Part shown: piece by piece, positions 62,385 through 64,000 of the stretch
Numbering within the stretch: the stretch's first letter is position 1
Layout: every line of letters starts with the position of its first letter
DNA from: Octopus bimaculoides
Lineage: Eukaryota
Length of the DNA stretch: 64,000 bases
Reading direction: 5' to 3'
Assembly: GCF_001194135.2 (NCBI RefSeq)
Contig: NC_068981.1
Span: 157,022,979-157,086,978, forward strand
Program-made: the position numbers and the translations under genes
Notes under the pieces: generated by a model
The model's input: the letters and a program-made list of their open reading frames with translations, nothing else
Database searches by the model: none
Told to the model about the DNA's origin: nothing

Positions 62385-63830
62385 ATGATCATGAGGACAG
62401 AATTGGGGAGTGAGGGCTAGGGGCTTTCCCTGTCTTCCTATCCTTAATTGCCTTACCTGTTATGCTGCTATCAATTCTGATGGCTGGTCTTTCAATTGGT
62501 TCGATATTTGGTAGACTCTCCTTCTCCCATTCATTTTCCACATTTAGTAACTTTTCATAGTGACACTTCCATGCATCTTTCTTCTCTGAGTCACTAAGTG
62601 CAAGCATACCATTATCCATTTGTACACATTTCTCACCTGCTACATTTCTATATTCTCTGATACACTGTTTTGCAATCCTGAACACGTCACACCTCTGATC
62701 CTCACATTGTAGAACATTTGCAAATCTCTTACCTTCAGCTTCTCCTTTAGCTATGTATACCTGATGCCTAGCTGCCCTTTTGGCTACCTGATATAATTCT
62801 CTGCTTCCATCATTTTTCCAGGCCTGTCTTGCTTTTATAGCACTATCAACCTCCTTGCTCCACCACCATATCACCCTTCATCTAGCTAGGACACTGCACC
62901 AACCACAGATTTCGTCCATAGCCCACAGGAACTTCCAATTGTCCTCTAAGCTATATGTCCGCAACTCATCCTCTCTTTCATCAGAAGCTTCCATTAGTAA
63001 ATCTCTAAATTTTCTTGTTTGCTGGGTCTTTGAGCTTCCATAGTCTTCTTTTCCAGATTGGTTTATTTCTCCGAGTCTTTCTAGCTCTAATTCTGAAGTC
63101 ACTAACTAGTAACCTATGTTGGGAAAGACTTCACATTTTTAAGCATCCATCTATCATTGCCTGGTGAGTGGGTAGTAAATCTGGCTTATGTGCTTACCAG
63201 ACTGATAAGTGATTAGGTGGCTGGTTGGTTTATTTGAAGTTAGTGTTGCAGATTATTTGCATCACAGGACTCCGGCAGTCTTGTTCCCTTCTCATTTCTA
63301 GGTCCAAAACCATAGCCCCCATGCACTCCCTGGAATCCATGGGGGTGCTGTTCAACATGTCCATTGAAGTCACTAGCCACAATAACAAAGTCTCTGTCAT
63401 TTGTTGTTGGGATGGTCTGCAAAAGGATCTCATAGAATTGGTCCTTCTGCTCATCAATCAACCCAGACTGAGGAGCATAGGCAAAGATAAATATAACTTA
63501 ATTTACCCATGATAAGTCTCATCTTAATTACCCTAGTACATACTCTGACTACTTCAATTACCTTATCTGCCCACTTTTCTGCTAAAAGTATGCCTACTCC
63601 ACCCACTCCCTCCTTCCTGCCGACCCAGAAGAATTTGAATCTGTTTCTTACCCACGAAGAATCTAGCTAAAGTTCCCCTCCATCTTACTTCTTGCACACC
63701 ACACCAATATGGCGTTCCTCCAACATTTCAATAATCTCCCCACTCCTTCCTTTCATTGTGTCAACATTGATGGCAGTGGCCCTGAGACTGAGTATTTGGG
63801 AGTGGTGGTGATAAGGTAGTTGTGGAAATT
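62385..63830 (-). mobile_element. Decayed RTE-like LINE, endonuclease and linker region
   Basis: Fragments NVDTMKGRSGEIIEMLEER, DFNGHV...GFQGVHGGYGFGPRNEKG and WWWSKEVDSAI...AWKCHYEKLLNVENEW...KTGKAP. Confidence 0.85.
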
Positions 63831-64000
63831 TTGTCCTTACCTGAAATGAAGATCTGCAGAAACACTTGCCAGCTAGCATAGAGCTTTGATACATAGTTTA
63901 TTCAGTGAATTACAATGTGAATGTTTGTGTATCTCCTTGCCTTGAGCAATAGTTGTAAACAAGTGTCATCATCATGGAGCAGTACCTTTTGTTTCCAATC

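Overview
AT-rich, repeat-dense animal genomic DNA with five N-gaps. The SINE and LINE families and microsatellites look like an Octopus genome (inferred from repeat recognition, not a search). The supplied ORF track misses two of the three host genes because their exons are short; I assembled these by hand. (1) TMX3, an ER thioredoxin-like transmembrane protein, on the minus strand: five coding exons from 33628 (or 33646) down to 8512, with signal peptide and WCGHC active site; the gene continues into a gap or beyond the left edge. (2) PFDN4, prefoldin subunit 4, on the plus strand, complete at 133 aa (33844-44221) and head-to-head with TMX3 across about 200 bp. Its third intron (38893-44019) is a clear U12-type AT-AC minor intron that hosts a Penelope-like retroelement and a long palindrome. 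(3) An unidentified Pro/Tyr/Ser/Gly-rich low-complexity protein of about 180-197 aa (53740/54422-54961, plus strand). The rest is decayed mariner, RTE, CR1/L2-like and R4-like elements, several SINE families (one as a head-to-tail array), a piggyBac-type MITE, palindromes and local duplications. I found no CRISPR array, rRNA or genuine tRNA gene.
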